Assembly: GCA_028023455.1 (NCBI GenBank)
Contig: JAQFVV010000005.1
Location: 16,058,001 to 16,122,000 of the forward strand
Direction of reading: 5' to 3'
Length of the DNA stretch: 64,000 nucleotides
Source of the DNA: Epiperipatus broadwayi
Taxonomy: Eukaryota > Animalia > Onychophora
The notes beneath the pieces were generated by a model that saw only the letters and a program-made list of their open reading frames with translations, did not search any database and was not told the DNA's origin. Made by a program: the position numbers and the translations under genes. Of this stretch, positions 13,331-26,852 are shown piece after piece (the first letter of the stretch is position 1; every line of letters starts with the position of its first letter).

Positions 13331-14559
13331 ATTCCCTCCAATTTTATTTTTAATTAAATAATTAATTTGAAACAAAAAAATTAACTTTCATTGAATGTTT
13401 TAAAAAATAAATTATACCACCTAAAAAAAAAATTAAAATGCGTCTTTTAAAAGACCTTTAAATTTACTTTTGTTAGCTTTTAAATATCTTACCAAATACC
13501 AATATATTTGAACCATATATATGTAAAATGGTTCAATATATATAGAAAATTATGACCCGAATCCAACTAAAGGGTACTGGTTCAGCATGAAACATGTCTT
13601 GGAAATCATTTACATTTTTCAGATATCTTCATTTATGTTTAAGAATCTATAATTGAATACATAAATGTCTGATAGAGTGAATGTTTTAAAAAAGATATTA
13701 CACATGAAAAAAGATTAAATTAAATTCATTATTCCTTGTGTTTGTGTTTAATTAAAGAACGGACATATTAATCCTTAAATTAAATTATCTGGGCTAGAAA
13801 TAGTACAATAATTTCTAACCTAATAAATAATTAATAATAATCATTCATGTATAGATTTGAAGTGGGAAGTATCAAAGTTGTTATTGCAGAAGATTTGATA
13901 TTTGTAAATCAAACTGTAATATACATATATCACAATTTTTAAACATTGGTTTAAGAAAGATTATTCAGTTTAATTTCTTTACACTTTCTGAGCATGCTTT
14001 CGGCCATTAAAGTCAGAGTCATAGCAATTGTGAACTGCAGAATATGTTGTGGTATTTAAATGGCAAACCAATTATTTAAATAACTACTTTAAATGTTCCA
14101 CTCTCTAGATAGTTGAAAGCTATTCACTTTCTTGTTGACTGCTGGGGATTGTTAGAAATAAACCATGACTCATTTAACTTTCATTTTCTGTTGTCACATT
14201 CATAACAAACAATGTTGACTTTTATGTTGTCAAATTCTTGCTTATTCTCTAAAAAGACTGATTTATATTGAGAGCTATTTTTTGCATGCTTGTGTATGTA
14301 CTTGTGTTGTGCAAATCTAGTGGCTGTATTGCATAAGACTCTCCGTAGTATACTGCATTACAAGAAGGATTATGACATCTAATTGTATATACAATTTGAG
14401 GGGGGGAGGTTTGATCCTGTGAAAGTTTGTCCTTTATATTGTTTAATAGTCTATTTAAATTAGGAGGGAAGATGTTCGCAAACTAATATTGTATGTATTA
14501 GAACAGATTTTTTTCCATTTTTTGTGACAGCCTTAATATCCCATGTATTCAAAGCTTAT

Positions 14560-14880
14560 TGTCTGCCTGTTTAACATGCATTTTATTTTGTTATAAAATT
14601 GCTTGATTGTAGTAATTAATATACTGTAATTATAGCCTATTTTTTTTATAAATCCTTAACATAACTTTCTGGTTCGCTTCATATTTGCAAAGGTTTTTGT
14701 GTCTGTTGAGGAAGCCCTTAAACCCAGCTAATTTATGAATTGTCGGTATAAGAGATTGGGGGTGAATTGCTTCATGAATTTCTAAGTGCTTGATGATCAT
14801 TTTGCGATCCAAACACTTATTATTTCATTGAACCTGAAGGTCTAAAATTTAAAACTATTAGAGAATTTTTGAATTCAGTA
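14560..14880 (-). mobile_element. Penelope-like RT C-terminal fossil
   Basis: ILDLQVQ*NNKCLDRKMIIKHLEIHEAIHPQSLIPTIHKLAGFKGFLNRHKNLC, homologous to ORF 63124-63351. Confidence 0.7.
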
Positions 14881-14884
14881 GTTG

Positions 14885-15960
14885 CTGACAATTTTGTTTT
14901 CACAATGGAGATCACTTTTTTATATTTCTTTCCGATATTTAACCAATTCTTTTCTAATATTAAACTAACCTCAGTGATTCTACTATCAATCTCCATTTTC
15001 ATTTTCTGGTCAAAGACAAATACATCAAATATGATTTGCCATTGTCTTTGACATTTGTCTTTTTAACCTTAATTTTGTGTATACTATCACCTCCCCTAGA
15101 TTTACAAATAGGCAATTGGTTGATTTTTTTATCAGATTTTTCCTACAAATTTGAGGCAAATGACCCATAATTCCACATATATAACAGCAGCTATTTGTAA
15201 ATTTACTATTGTTTTAATGTCCTAATTTTCCACAACAGTAACAAAATGCCCCATAACATTAACTTGGTTTGTTTTCATTTTTAATTTTGGAAAATCCATT
15301 TTATTTTCACTTGTATGGGAGTTAGCAAATTCTGTCACTTTGGAATTTCCAAACTTGCTCTACAATATCTATATATGCTATGTACTTTTCTATAGCCTGC
15401 ATATAAGTCAATTCATATTCACTCACAAACTGCTGACCTAAGTTTGCCATAAGTCACACCCCATAATAATTATTCCAAAAGAATATTTTCTAACCCAGTA
15501 CCAAAAATTCACTTCTTAATGAGTAAGTATAATCCTACATTGAATTTGTGTATATTTTCATTTCCAGCCTGGTATCTATTTCTAAATCACAGACACATTA
15601 TATGTTTAAAAGTATCTGACTTGGAAATATTTATTTAATTTATCAATTAGACCACAATATGGCAGATCTTCTGGGGCTTTAGGATTACACAGTCAATTAG
15701 CCACTTGTAACAATTCTTTGCCCACCAACCACATTAAAGTTGCAATTTTTAACTTCTCATTAATTAACATATACTATATTTTCCACATGTGCAACATATA
15801 ATTGCCACCCTTCTGGATAAATTCATCAATTAAATTATTATGTCATGCCATTATTAATTTAGTCCAAGTTTAATCACTAATATTCATCTGCTCTATAACA
15901 ATGTTCTCAGATTTCGACTGACATTATTGTGTCATTCTGTTATATCACCAATTTCTAATT
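14885..15960 (-). mobile_element. Gypsy-type LTR retrotransposon gag-protease fossil
   Basis: Minus strand in order: LCNPKAPEDLPY; FRNRYQAGNENIHKF; two zinc knuckles CYCCGKLGH and CYICGIMGHLPQIC; protease-like MEIDSRITEVSLI (ORF 14820-15002). Confidence 0.75.
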
Positions 15961-16239
15961 TCTTTTGAACCAATACCAATTTATTATAAAACCTCAGTTT
16001 TGGCTGAAGTACTGTGCCAATTTCTATAATTATAATCTCATCAGAGGTTCAATTGTTGATTGTGGCAATTGCCACAATTAGGGGGTAATTACTTATTAAC
16101 AATAGGGCTCTCAACTGATTTAGATTTGGTGAGCAGGCTTTTAGCTGAATATGTATAATAAGAAAAATATATTAATTGTAGCTCAACCACAGAAAACATT
16201 TAATATATCTTTTCAACCTGTGTGTGATCAGGTGGGTCA

Positions 16240-16340
16240 GCAATATGAGATAGCACTGAGAGTGGTGGGTTGTGTGAAAGTCTGAGTTCGAACCCCGCAT
16301 ATATTACATATATAAATGCAGGTTTAAGCCTGTACAATGT
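16240..16340 (+). mobile_element. tRNA-derived SINE-like cassette (same as in HHR family 2)
   Basis: A-box-like tagcactgagagtgg and B-box gagttcgaacccc. Aligns to 54135-54240. Confidence 0.65.
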
Positions 16341-16729
16341 ATTATAACCTTTATTATAAGATAATAATAAGAACAGACATTAATGTATAACAATTCCACT
16401 AGCTCAAGACAATTATCTAATATAAATCTTAATAATTCATAAATATACTTTATCTTATTAAATAAAACCAATAGCTAGAGATAAATATTAACAAATTATT
16501 ATTTCTCCGAACGTTTTCGAAGGAACAGTATTACATTCAAGAGATTAATATACAAATTAATAAGTTAAAATTTAAACCAGTTGATTCTTACAATTTAAAA
16601 ATAAACAAAGATAAATTTATTTATCTGATTTTTAGGAAATTTTGTAATAGGGTGTTTACTAAATGTGAATATATTAAAACATACCAATCAGTGGCAATTC
16701 CACCCAAAATATTCTCAAATGTGAAATTT

Positions 16730-18010
16730 ACATAAATACAGCACCCTATGAGGTTAATGATTGTCTTTGGAAGAGCCTATTATTGTAATGCCAACAAAAT
16801 TATAAGTAAATGGCTAACAGAGCAAATCAGATTTGGCATGAACACTATCAAATGATCCTTTGAATGCATAGACAGAATTGGAAACCAAGGCAAACACATC
16901 ATATGACATAGCAGAATTGCATGGATCTATCAAAACAATCTATTGAAATAATCAAAGATGATCTATTAAGATTGGAGTATAATCCTAAAAAAAAATTATA
17001 ATGGAATGTCTGAATGGGATTAATGAAGATATGTTAGCCTCCACTAACAGAAAATACTATAAAGGAAAAAGACAGGTTCCTATGGAACTGCTCATGAGTT
17101 GCATAATATGCAGCATTGCATTAACCCAATTCAAAGAAAATGTTCTTCCAAAATACTTTAAATAGACACCCGGCCCTGTTATACATGTAATATGTGAATG
17201 ATATCCTCTGTAACCGAAATGGAGAAATTAACAAAATAAAATAAATGGCTCAGAAGTCATCATTACAGTGGACTAGTAAATGTGAAGACATGCTAAAAAG
17301 CATAAACTTTCTTGATTTATATGTTCAGTGAAATGGTGGTCACATGAATTACAAAATGATTGTCAAATCTATCTAAGTTTGAGGCATAATATTCCCTGAA
17401 TTATTAAAGCCCACTGCACATAAATTCACAGGTTTCAAAGCATTTCTTCACCGAACTCAAATTTAATTTGAAAAAAAACCCACACACACACAAATATTCC
17501 ACATTTGTTATATTTGAAAAAAAAAAATATTCTTTTAAATATTTGGAAAATATTTTTCCTCAACTCCAAAAAAAACCCCCCCCTATATATCCAAAAAAAC
17601 CCAAAAACAAGAAAAAAATTAGTTCAGAAATATACAGAGTAAGCTTTCATACCTCTCCCATCCTGAATGCTTAATAAACAACACTAAAAATAATTGACCC
17701 CCAGAGCAAGTTCTTCAGGTCATATACAAGATTGCATGGAATAACACAAATTGCAATGCTGTTTACTTTGGTGAATCCCTAGCTAACTTTGCAATGAGGG
17801 TAGCTTAGCAAAGGTACCAATATAATAGAGCTAAAACTAATGCAGTGGTTAGATCTATATTTTTAGAACACAAACTAACCAAAATCACATTTGAACCTAC
17901 TGAAGCTAGCATTGTTTGTTCGGAAAGAAATGATGTGAAATGCAAAGTCAAAGAGGATTGGTACATTGTTAATAATATGCATACCATAAATAAGAAAGAG
18001 TTCTGCATCC
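16730..18010 (+). mobile_element. Penelope-like element fossil, RT through GIY-YIG
   Basis: KYYKGKRQVPMELLMSCIICSIALTQFKE (degenerate G.PMGSP.S); YVNDIL (YVDD); VIYKIAWNNTNCNAVYFGES; KEDWYIVNNMHTINKK. Confidence 0.8.
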
Positions 18011-18756
18011 CCTTTCAAAAAAATGAATTATGTAAATCATCTTATTTACATTTTTGTAATTAGCATATTATAAACCTGCAGTTTGTTAAATTACATAATT
18101 CGCTTTAAGTTTTTCTGCTATGATTATGATTATAAGCTAGTTGAAAGCATACTAAGCACACTATGTTAAATTAATTAAACATATTATGGTAAAAGAATAA
18201 ATAATATTTTCTTAGTACACACAGTGAAAGTGTTTTAATACATAATTAATAATTGTTACCTTGAACCTAAAGGTCTATATTATAAAAGGTTGGTGTGATA
18301 TATACTTGAATCTTAGATCTATTTTGGCAGCTACAGAGAAAGATCTTTCTGGGAGGAATACTCACAAATTCTATCAATCTTTTCTGACAGTGTATTATAT
18401 ATGCACTAGGCTAAAATAAATTGTTTTCTGGCAAAGGAATTTTATATCTGCATTTGTTCTAACTTCCCAGTCAACGCATTTGACGTATAAAAAAAATATA
18501 TGTTCGTTTAAGCATTTCATTAATAAAAACTTCTAATTATGGTACTGTCTTTAGATATTTCGATTTAATTACAGTCTTAACACAGCTAAAGATTTATTTA
18601 ATTTTTACAGGTAACAAATTACACAGAAATATATTTGATTAAGATTATTTCTGCGAGTAAACAATTTATATTGAAATATTTTTAATATTTACAAATAAAA
18701 ACTTATTCTATAATTAACAATTTATATTTTTGCCAGAGATAACAATAGATCAGTTC

Positions 18757-19026
18757 GGTCACTTCCAGTACTCAATATTCTTATGAACTCCCAAACAGGA
18801 AAGACCATTGAATTTTTTCAGACTTGTTGCTTCAGGTACCAAATCTTCTTATGAACTCTCAAACAGGAAAGACCATTGAATTTTTTCAGATTGATCTCTT
18901 CAGGTACTCAATCTTCTTATGAACTCCCAGACAGGAAAGACCATTGAATTTTTTCAGATTGGTCACTTCAGGTACTCAATCTTCTTATGAACTCCCAAAC
19001 AGGAAAGACCATTGAATTTTTTCAGA
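18757..19026. repeat. Tandem repeat, 68-bp unit, about 4 copies
   Basis: Units start at 18757, 18825, 18893 and 18961. Core ttcttatgaactcccaaacaggaaagaccattgaattttttcaga. Confidence 0.95.
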
Positions 19027-20412
19027 AACTCCTTACTTTTTCATAAACTTTAGATAATCAAATCATATTCATTATTTCCCATTTCCTTTTTAACTTAACG
19101 ATTGAGAAGCAACATGACATTACTTCCATAAAAGTATTTTTCCTGATTAACTTCTAGATTGCATGATAAAAAGCCATGTTTGTCTAATTATAAAGCAGTA
19201 ATCTGATGCTATTTAATGCAGGATTGAGATCCAATTACAAAAATATGATGCTGATAGCATAAAAGAGGGGACATAACATGCAACAAAGATCTGAGAGCTT
19301 ATAATAGGGGCAAAACTGAGCTTGAATTAATAATAGAGAAACTGATTCTGGAGAGTTTGGCCACAATAGTGTTCCAAAAATAGCCTAGAGACCATGAGCA
19401 GATCAAATGTGTGAAAATATCAAATTATTATGTAGTTAAATATCTATTCAACAATATCTCTATCTATCAAACTTTCTCCCCCCTCTCTATCTCTATCCAC
19501 ATATATATGCTCTTATTAATTATTATGCATTAATTATGGTACTAATGATTAAGGCTCTAGTTAGTTATCATTACTTGTTCACTCTATAAGGAATTGGCTT
19601 TGACTATGTGGAAAAAAATTCCCAGGAGAAATACAAAACTTCATCACAACTATTTATGGAAGACATTGTTAGCAAATTAAAAATATCAGACAGCATTCAG
19701 ACTCTTACAGTTCTATCAGATATTGTTTTTCATTGTAATTTTGGGTGCCTAAGTCATTGTCTTGAATGTAAACACTGGGAGAATGACATTTCCAGGAGTT
19801 AAAAACTATAATTAAAAAAATGATTTGATTTCATTTTTAAATTTAGCTTATTTTTGTTCTTTGACTGCAAATGTGTTGTACAGTCAACATTTTTCAATTT
19901 CTTGTATCAAAATTTAAATGCAAAAACTTGTTTGAAAAGCAAACTTTTTACATTATGACTCAAAAAGAATTGATTATAATAATATATGTCAAAATGTTTT
20001 TGATTTTCTGTGTTTAAAAATGGAACATCCATTTTCATAGAGAAAGACCAATAGTTAGATGAAAGTGACTGTTTCTGTGGTTATATATGGTATGTAAAAT
20101 TACTAACTGGTGTTTTCAAAAACTATTTATTTTCTCCAGACATTAATGACTGGATTTCAAAAACAATGAGCTTAAAAGATAACTTTGATGTTACATTTCT
20201 TTTAAAATACTTTCTCTAGTACTCAGAAATATTATACATACGTAAAATGATTATCTGGACAATCAGTTACTAATCTTTGTCATTATGAATAATCTCATAC
20301 CTGTCCTTATAAAAAATGAAAGAAATATTTAATCTATATTGCTTATAACACTTCTTTCATATACATTTCAATGCAAACAAATTTTCTTAAAAACTTCTTT
20401 ATTTTTCTTATA

Positions 20413-20446
20413 GTTTCGACTGTCCAGCAGTCTTCATCAGAGCTCT
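20413..20446 (-). ncRNA. Partial hammerhead motif (core plus 5-bp helix II), PLE-tail-like
   Basis: Reverse complement CTGATGA a GACTG ctgga CAGTC GAAAC tata. No helix I partner is visible downstream. Confidence 0.45.
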
Positions 20447-21369
20447 AATGTTCTTCTCTGCTTTAATTAAAATATTTAATCTTATAAAAATATTTGTGTT
20501 ATTGGTATTTATATATATTTCTCTAATATTATAAATGCCCATTTTATTTCTTTTGAATATATTGTTATAGCTACAGAACTCCCACAGTGTGCATTTTGAT
20601 ATGAATAATGATTCAGAAATTAGTCTAATTCATTACATGTTCTCATGTTCTCTTTATTTAATGATAATTATAAAAATCAAAAATGTAAACAAATTTTTTG
20701 GAAGTTTGCAAAAAGTCAGACAAACAAAAGGAATAGAGCAGACACATGAACTATTGACATTGGGATCCAGTCTTTCATTACACAGGTAAACTAAACAATG
20801 TAGACTATTATATTGATTTAATTACAAAGGTTACATTATTAGATTGCATTCACAAATAATTGCTATTTTAAACACTATTTATTAATGTTCATTGTTAATG
20901 TTAAAAAAATATTATATTTTTATACTTTAATTCTATTTTAAAGGCTAAAATATATCTATTAATTTTTATGAAAAACAAAAACAAGTTTTAATCACGCTAA
21001 ACTTGCCGTCGCTTGTATTTATGATCAATAGATGGTGCTTTACCAAAAAACACCGACCAAGCATGTGTCTTCAATATATATGTCAACTCTTTTCAGTTTA
21101 TTAGTATTTAATACTGGCAGTGTGAATGGTTCTGTTATTGATAATTTTATCCTAAATATGTTCTATAAATGATCAATTGTATATTGATAATAATATATTT
21201 TTCTAAACTTTATTATACAGTATTTCAAAGTAAGTTAATACTTCTAATGTCTTTTAAGTTTAATTTGTTAGTGATTCTGCATATTGGAGCTTATTCAAGT
21301 TTATATGTAACTCAATACTAAATTATATACTTCAGAGTGGTGAGAGAGAAAATGTCAAATTAAGTTGCA

Positions 21370-21700
21370 CCAATGAATATCACTGGATTGGCTGTATTTA
21401 TCTTATTGCCCAACTGTCCTTTGACACAAAATGTAGGATATAAATACATAAAGAGTGACTGTTGAGTTAAATTAAACAAGTTCACACATCTCATAGAAGT
21501 TTTTTCCCCATTAAGCCTAAAGATTGGGTATTTTTGGAACGCCAAAGTGTCTATGAAATTCCATGATCATGAACCTCAAGAAGCTATGTGAGAGATGTCA
21601 GAGTTAGGAAGCATAAAAATGCCTCCAATTAAGTTTTTACATTGTATTTTTTAAAATTTGGCCACATCCCTGAAGATGATAATTAGAAGTTATAAGCTTT
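21370..21700 (+). mobile_element. Penelope-like GIY-YIG fossil with degenerate CTGAAGA-tga tail
   Basis: QSVYEIP*S*TSRSYV...VRKHK; cctgaagatgataattagaagttataagc at about 21669-21697. Confidence 0.55.
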
Positions 21701-23344
21701 TAATATTTCAAAATTATAAAGTTGGTTTGATCATGTTTATTGAACATGTGGTTTTTTAATTAATATATGTGTCCATTATTTTTTTTTCACTTTTTCTGTT
21801 TAAGTATTTTAAATTTCTGTTTTAGAAATTATAAGTTTTTAGTATTTTGAAATTTATTCATTCCTCCCATTTTTTATATTTTGTATATTTTAGTTATCTG
21901 ATTTGATCAAGCATAGTTGTACAAAATTTGCACTTAATTTTTGAATTATTAATGTAAATTGGAATTTTGTAATGAAAGGTAATATCATGACTATGTGTGG
22001 TTTATTCGATGTCATTTATCACTTGGATGTATCAGGAGTGATTTTGGATGGTCCTTGGAATTCAAAATGGCCATGAGCACACCTAAATCAGTACCAAAAA
22101 GTTTTTATTTTCATTTATACAGTAAAGTTGTAAACTTTGTGATTTCATTTATATGCTATCCAAAATAAAATTAAAACAAACAAACAAAAATATAAATAAA
22201 TCAATATAAAAGTCATTAAAATTGGTGAATTTTTATATGTGCCTACCATCTTTCCTTTCCTAAGTTAAGCATATGGATTACATATATTGACAAAATATCT
22301 TCAGTTTATGTTGAAGCACATCTATTTTATTCTTCCTTTATTATCTTTTCTGAATTTGATATACAATATTTTGTTTAATAAAATATTTTCTAAAGTAAAA
22401 GTTTTACAAAATTTCAGAATATTGATTAAACATTAATATAATTAGAAATAGAAAAAGAGTGAGTCTATTGTTTCTATACATAAAAAAGTGATTAAAAGAA
22501 GAATATTGTATTTTGCTATTTACTTTATTTTAAAGATAAAAATACAGTTGGAGTTAGTTTTTTTTATTATTCTTATTGCTTCAATAGATGCATGCATGAA
22601 TGAACACATACACTATAGAATAAAATATGCCCTCCATTTATTATTAACATTTTACTACTTTTTCAAATGTTATTTATACTATAATTTTGATTCATATATA
22701 CATACAAAGTGTCTGTGTAATAAACATATATATATATGTGTGTGTTGAAAAGAACTATAGGTTTACATTCTAATAAAATATATATTTTATTTTAATCAAT
22801 GTTTATCAACAAAGAATTAGCTATCATATGCTATTTCATTTGAATGTGAGGGAAGCTGGGAAAAAAATATAGTATAGTTTGTGGGTCTACTATAAATACA
22901 TGTACACTTTATAAAAATTTATAGCAACTTACATTCTTATATATGGCAAAATTTGCTGAAAAATCAACAAAATTATTGAAGAACATATGTTTAAGAGATC
23001 AGCTGAGATCACTTCAAATATTATTATTAAAATTCACATTCATATGTTAATATTAAATTGAATCCTGCAGGTCTATTTAAATAAAAACTATGCTGCTATG
23101 CATGATGTAGAATGAGCTTTCCCTGAATAGCTTTTGCATCAAGTTAGATTGATAGAAATACATGTCCTGCAAAAAGCTTTTAGTTGATTTTTCATCATTG
23201 TCATATATATGTGACTGTAAGTTTCTATAAATTTCTATAGAGAATATAAATACATGGTATTTAATTAATTAATATTTGCATATATATATTGAATTAAATA
23301 TTTTCATGAAATGATACTAATAATAAATAATAATGATAAAAAAT

Positions 23345-23576
23345 TATATCCATGTAAACAGAGATAATTTCTTGCCTTTTGTTGTTACCAGGAAAATATT
23401 AATTACTACTAATTGACAATCTCCCTGAGGCTAAACAAATTTCTCCGTTAACCTGTAATAGCTCTTTTGTTAATTGAGAAACTGTTTTAGCCTCAAGAAA
23501 ATTGTCAATTAATAGTAACTGATAATTTTCTAGCAACAACAAAAGGCAAGAAGTTATCCCTGTTTACATAAATATA
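23345..23576. repeat. Imperfect fold-back, about 100-bp arms; related copies at 23715-23850 (inverted) and 39345-39420
   Basis: tatatccatgtaaacagagataa... pairs with ...ttatccctgtttacataaatata. Confidence 0.8.
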
Positions 23577-24874
23577 GCATACATATTTCTATTCTTTATT
23601 ATAATAACAATCCATGAAAATAATTAATTAACATTACAATTCTCTGAAAAACTTTAAATATTATTTGCAGAATGCCAGGTAAGATATTTATTCACATTCT
23701 CCTTTTACTTCAATGCAAAACCTCAACAAAAGAGCAATTATAGATTAATGGAAAAACTTGTTTAATATCAGGGAGGTTGTCAATCTAGTAATAATTGATA
23801 GTTTCCTGACAATAACAAAAGATAAGCAATTATCTAGTAAAGGAGATATTATACATTTTATGATTAGCAATCATAAAGCATATCACATAATCTTTACTAG
23901 TGATTCAGAGTTGTAGCATAATTCAACCATGGTTTTATAATCATGTCTTATTCAAATCATCTCAAAATTATTTTATTTTTCAGCTAAAAAAGTTATATGT
24001 TCATTTATAACAAATACTAGATGGCTTTCTATTATAAAAAATGAGACATATAGTTAAAGAATCCTAAAATTTGTAATAAATCCTTATTTACCTAACTAAA
24101 TATCTGTGATCCATTCAAAATTTGTAACCAAACTTTGGCTTTTTACGATAATTTATTAATCACAAATAATAAAAAAAAATCAAAAAAATACACGAGGTAT
24201 TGAATAAATGTTTACTCCTTAAAAATTCATCATTTGTTTGTGTCTTCAGATTTCTTAATACAGCATAAATTAATCTGAGGCTTAATTTAATCCATATTGT
24301 TTCTGGTCAATCTTTTCTTGTCATCTTCACTGCAATATAATATTAGTTTTTTTTTTTAAAAAAAAATCTTCAATCAGATCATTTATAAATGAAGTGAGTC
24401 TTTGATTAAAAACTTGTTTCAAACAATCTGCAGAGGTCAGATATCTGCACAACACATAAAAGTTAGATTTAAAATGGCATGCGATATTTTGTTTAATATA
24501 TGACAATATTTGCAAATAAAATTGATCAACTATAATTAATTGATAAGTGAAATGATCAATATCAATTTGCATTAATTCAGATTTGTATAATTGGATGTAG
24601 AAGGATTTGGATTTAAAACCTTAGTATGTTTGAATAGGATAATACATGTAAGGTTGCTGGACACAGAGAACTATGGACACAATATCTTCTGATTAAATAA
24701 AAACCATTTATCCTAAAACTCAATTTGTAATCTGTTTTGTAATGTTATTGATTTGTTGTATAGTTTTAAAACATTCTATGCAATAAAAATATTACTATTC
24801 ATATGTAATAAAAGTATTATATACATAAACATTAAATATGGCTATTTAATGCAGCTTTTGTACAGTTATAATAT

Positions 24875-25230
24875 ATATGGTTGATTGCAATGTATGGATG
24901 TAAAGCATGAACACTGAGGAAATAAGATAAGGTAATGATTGAGGCTTTTTAAATGGGAATATTATCAAAGGATGTTTGGGGTGACTTGGATGGCTAAAAC
25001 AATTAATGAATAGATTTTGGTGAAGACAAATGACAGATAACTGTTGAAGATTGTAAAGTGAAGAAAGCTACACTGTTCTGGACAGGTGATGAGACAAGCA
25101 TACACATGATCAGAATTATAAATGGAACAAGACAAAGAAGATGATCCAAACTATAATGAACGAGTAACATCATAAAATTGATGGAATTAATAGTATTGAA
25201 AACATGCCAAAAAGTGGAGGGAAGAATGAC
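24875..25230 (+). mobile_element. RTE-clade LINE 3' fossil
   Basis: AMYGCKA*TLRK*DKVMIEAF*MG, followed by a degenerate RKL..GHVMR-like segment. Confidence 0.75.
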
Positions 25231-25399
25231 CTGGAAATGGTTTATTCACACTGTCCCCTATCATTGAAATGACAAATTAGACAACAATTATTTAACTTCA
25301 AACTTCTAACCAAATTTCTTATTAACATAACCTACCAATTGGTTCAGTATTTTGTACAATCTTTTCAAATAGAAAATCAAATATATATATATATATATA

Positions 25400-26339
25400 C
25401 ACCTGGGTCTCATTTTACGAGATAGATAGGTTCCTCAGAAAACATGCGCAAATGAAATCGCACAAAAATAGACATAACTTACCTTGAAAAAGGGGGGATA
25501 CGGAAGCAAAGCACCAATGTAAAATTACTTTAAAATTTGCACAAAAAAAATATAAGGAAATAAAATATGACTAATAAAAAATTTCAAATTTAAAAAAAAT
25601 TGATACAAGACAAACTTTTTTTAACTATAATATTTAATTTTATTCAAAACAATATATTTTTATGTATAATTTACAGTAATTTACATTTTTTTTATACACG
25701 TTTTAATTATTAGTGCTATTTGCCGATAAACAGGTTCGTTTGCAAACTGGTAAAAAATCAGATTCTTCACAAGAGGAAATACAACTAGCACCAACGTCAC
25801 TCTCATGTTGTGTTAATGGTTTTCTGGTGACAACGTAATTAATAATTAATCTAACAACTAACAATTAAATTCTTATTTTTGTCTTTAACTTTTTAATTTT
25901 CAATTTTAATTGTGCCCACTGCTATTACTCACCTTTTAAAAATAAACTTGACACTAAATGATTAATAATTGATTATGTTCTTTTTTAAATAATAAATTTC
26001 ACGCACTTACGACATATTGAAAGTAATAGCACATTATTGGAATTCGACTTTCATCTTAGTAATTTCAATATTTTCAGTGCATTATAATAGTAAGATTTTA
26101 TGCAATAATGAAATTAAAATCATAATTTCCACATTTTATGTATACACACATTAAATTTTTACAAGATTATAATGTAAATTTGTTCAAACATTTTGTGTGT
26201 TAATTTTGCATTTTAAATCATATTCTGTTTTTGCTTTTTAAAGTAATAGCGCATTATCGGAGTTCGACTTCTGGAGAAACGTGAATCGCATAACTTCAAA
26301 ATCGCGTTAAATAAATCCGCGTAAAAAGAGATCCAGGTG
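25400..26339. mobile_element. Non-autonomous Tc1/mariner(pogo)-like DNA element, 940 bp
   Basis: 20-bp TIRs cacctgggtctcattttacg / cgtaaaaagagatccaggtg (2 mismatches), inserted in a (TA)n tract, with CpGs retained. Confidence 0.8.
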
Positions 26340-26832
26340 TGTATATATATATATTAAACAATCATAAAATAGTACCCGCAATACATTACTCACAATTCAA
26401 GGCATCATTTCAACTACCTATCTTTTAATTTTATAGATGATTGAAAGATTGCTTTGAATTGTAAGTATTTTTCATTATTTAAATGGTAACTAAATTTTTA
26501 TTTTATTTTCTATTTTATTTTGAAAGAGACAATGATTCTGGATGAATCCACATACAAAAACTCACCCATTCACTTTTATTATTCAATTTCACCAATAGGA
26601 ATCTACATGTTCTCTTTCCTTCAATTTTGATAAGGTTTTCTTTTTAATAGTGAATCTCTTTTTTAAACTTGTTACTTATGATTATCTGAAAAAAGGCCAA
26701 ATGTTCATATAAAAAATTAATAATATTTTAAAAATAAACATGGAGTATAGCAAAACAAATTATCATACAACTTTTATAGTTACATTTAATATGTATTATT
26801 TTCCATATTCTATAAATCAACAGAGAAAACAA

Positions 26833-26852
26833 TGGCCACCAGATGGCAGTGC
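26833..26852 (+). promoter_or_regulatory. CTCF-like binding motif
   Basis: tggccaccagatggcagtgc matches the CCASYAGRKGGCRS core in otherwise AT-rich, apparently non-repeat DNA. Confidence 0.4.

Noticed and set aside
16500-16545. Minus-strand ...cttcGAAAACGTTCggaga resembling an HHR 3' half
   Set aside because: No CUGANGA core or helix II can be built upstream.
18757-19026. Possible CRISPR array
   Set aside because: Whole units repeat with no unique spacers, the context is eukaryotic, and there are no cas genes.
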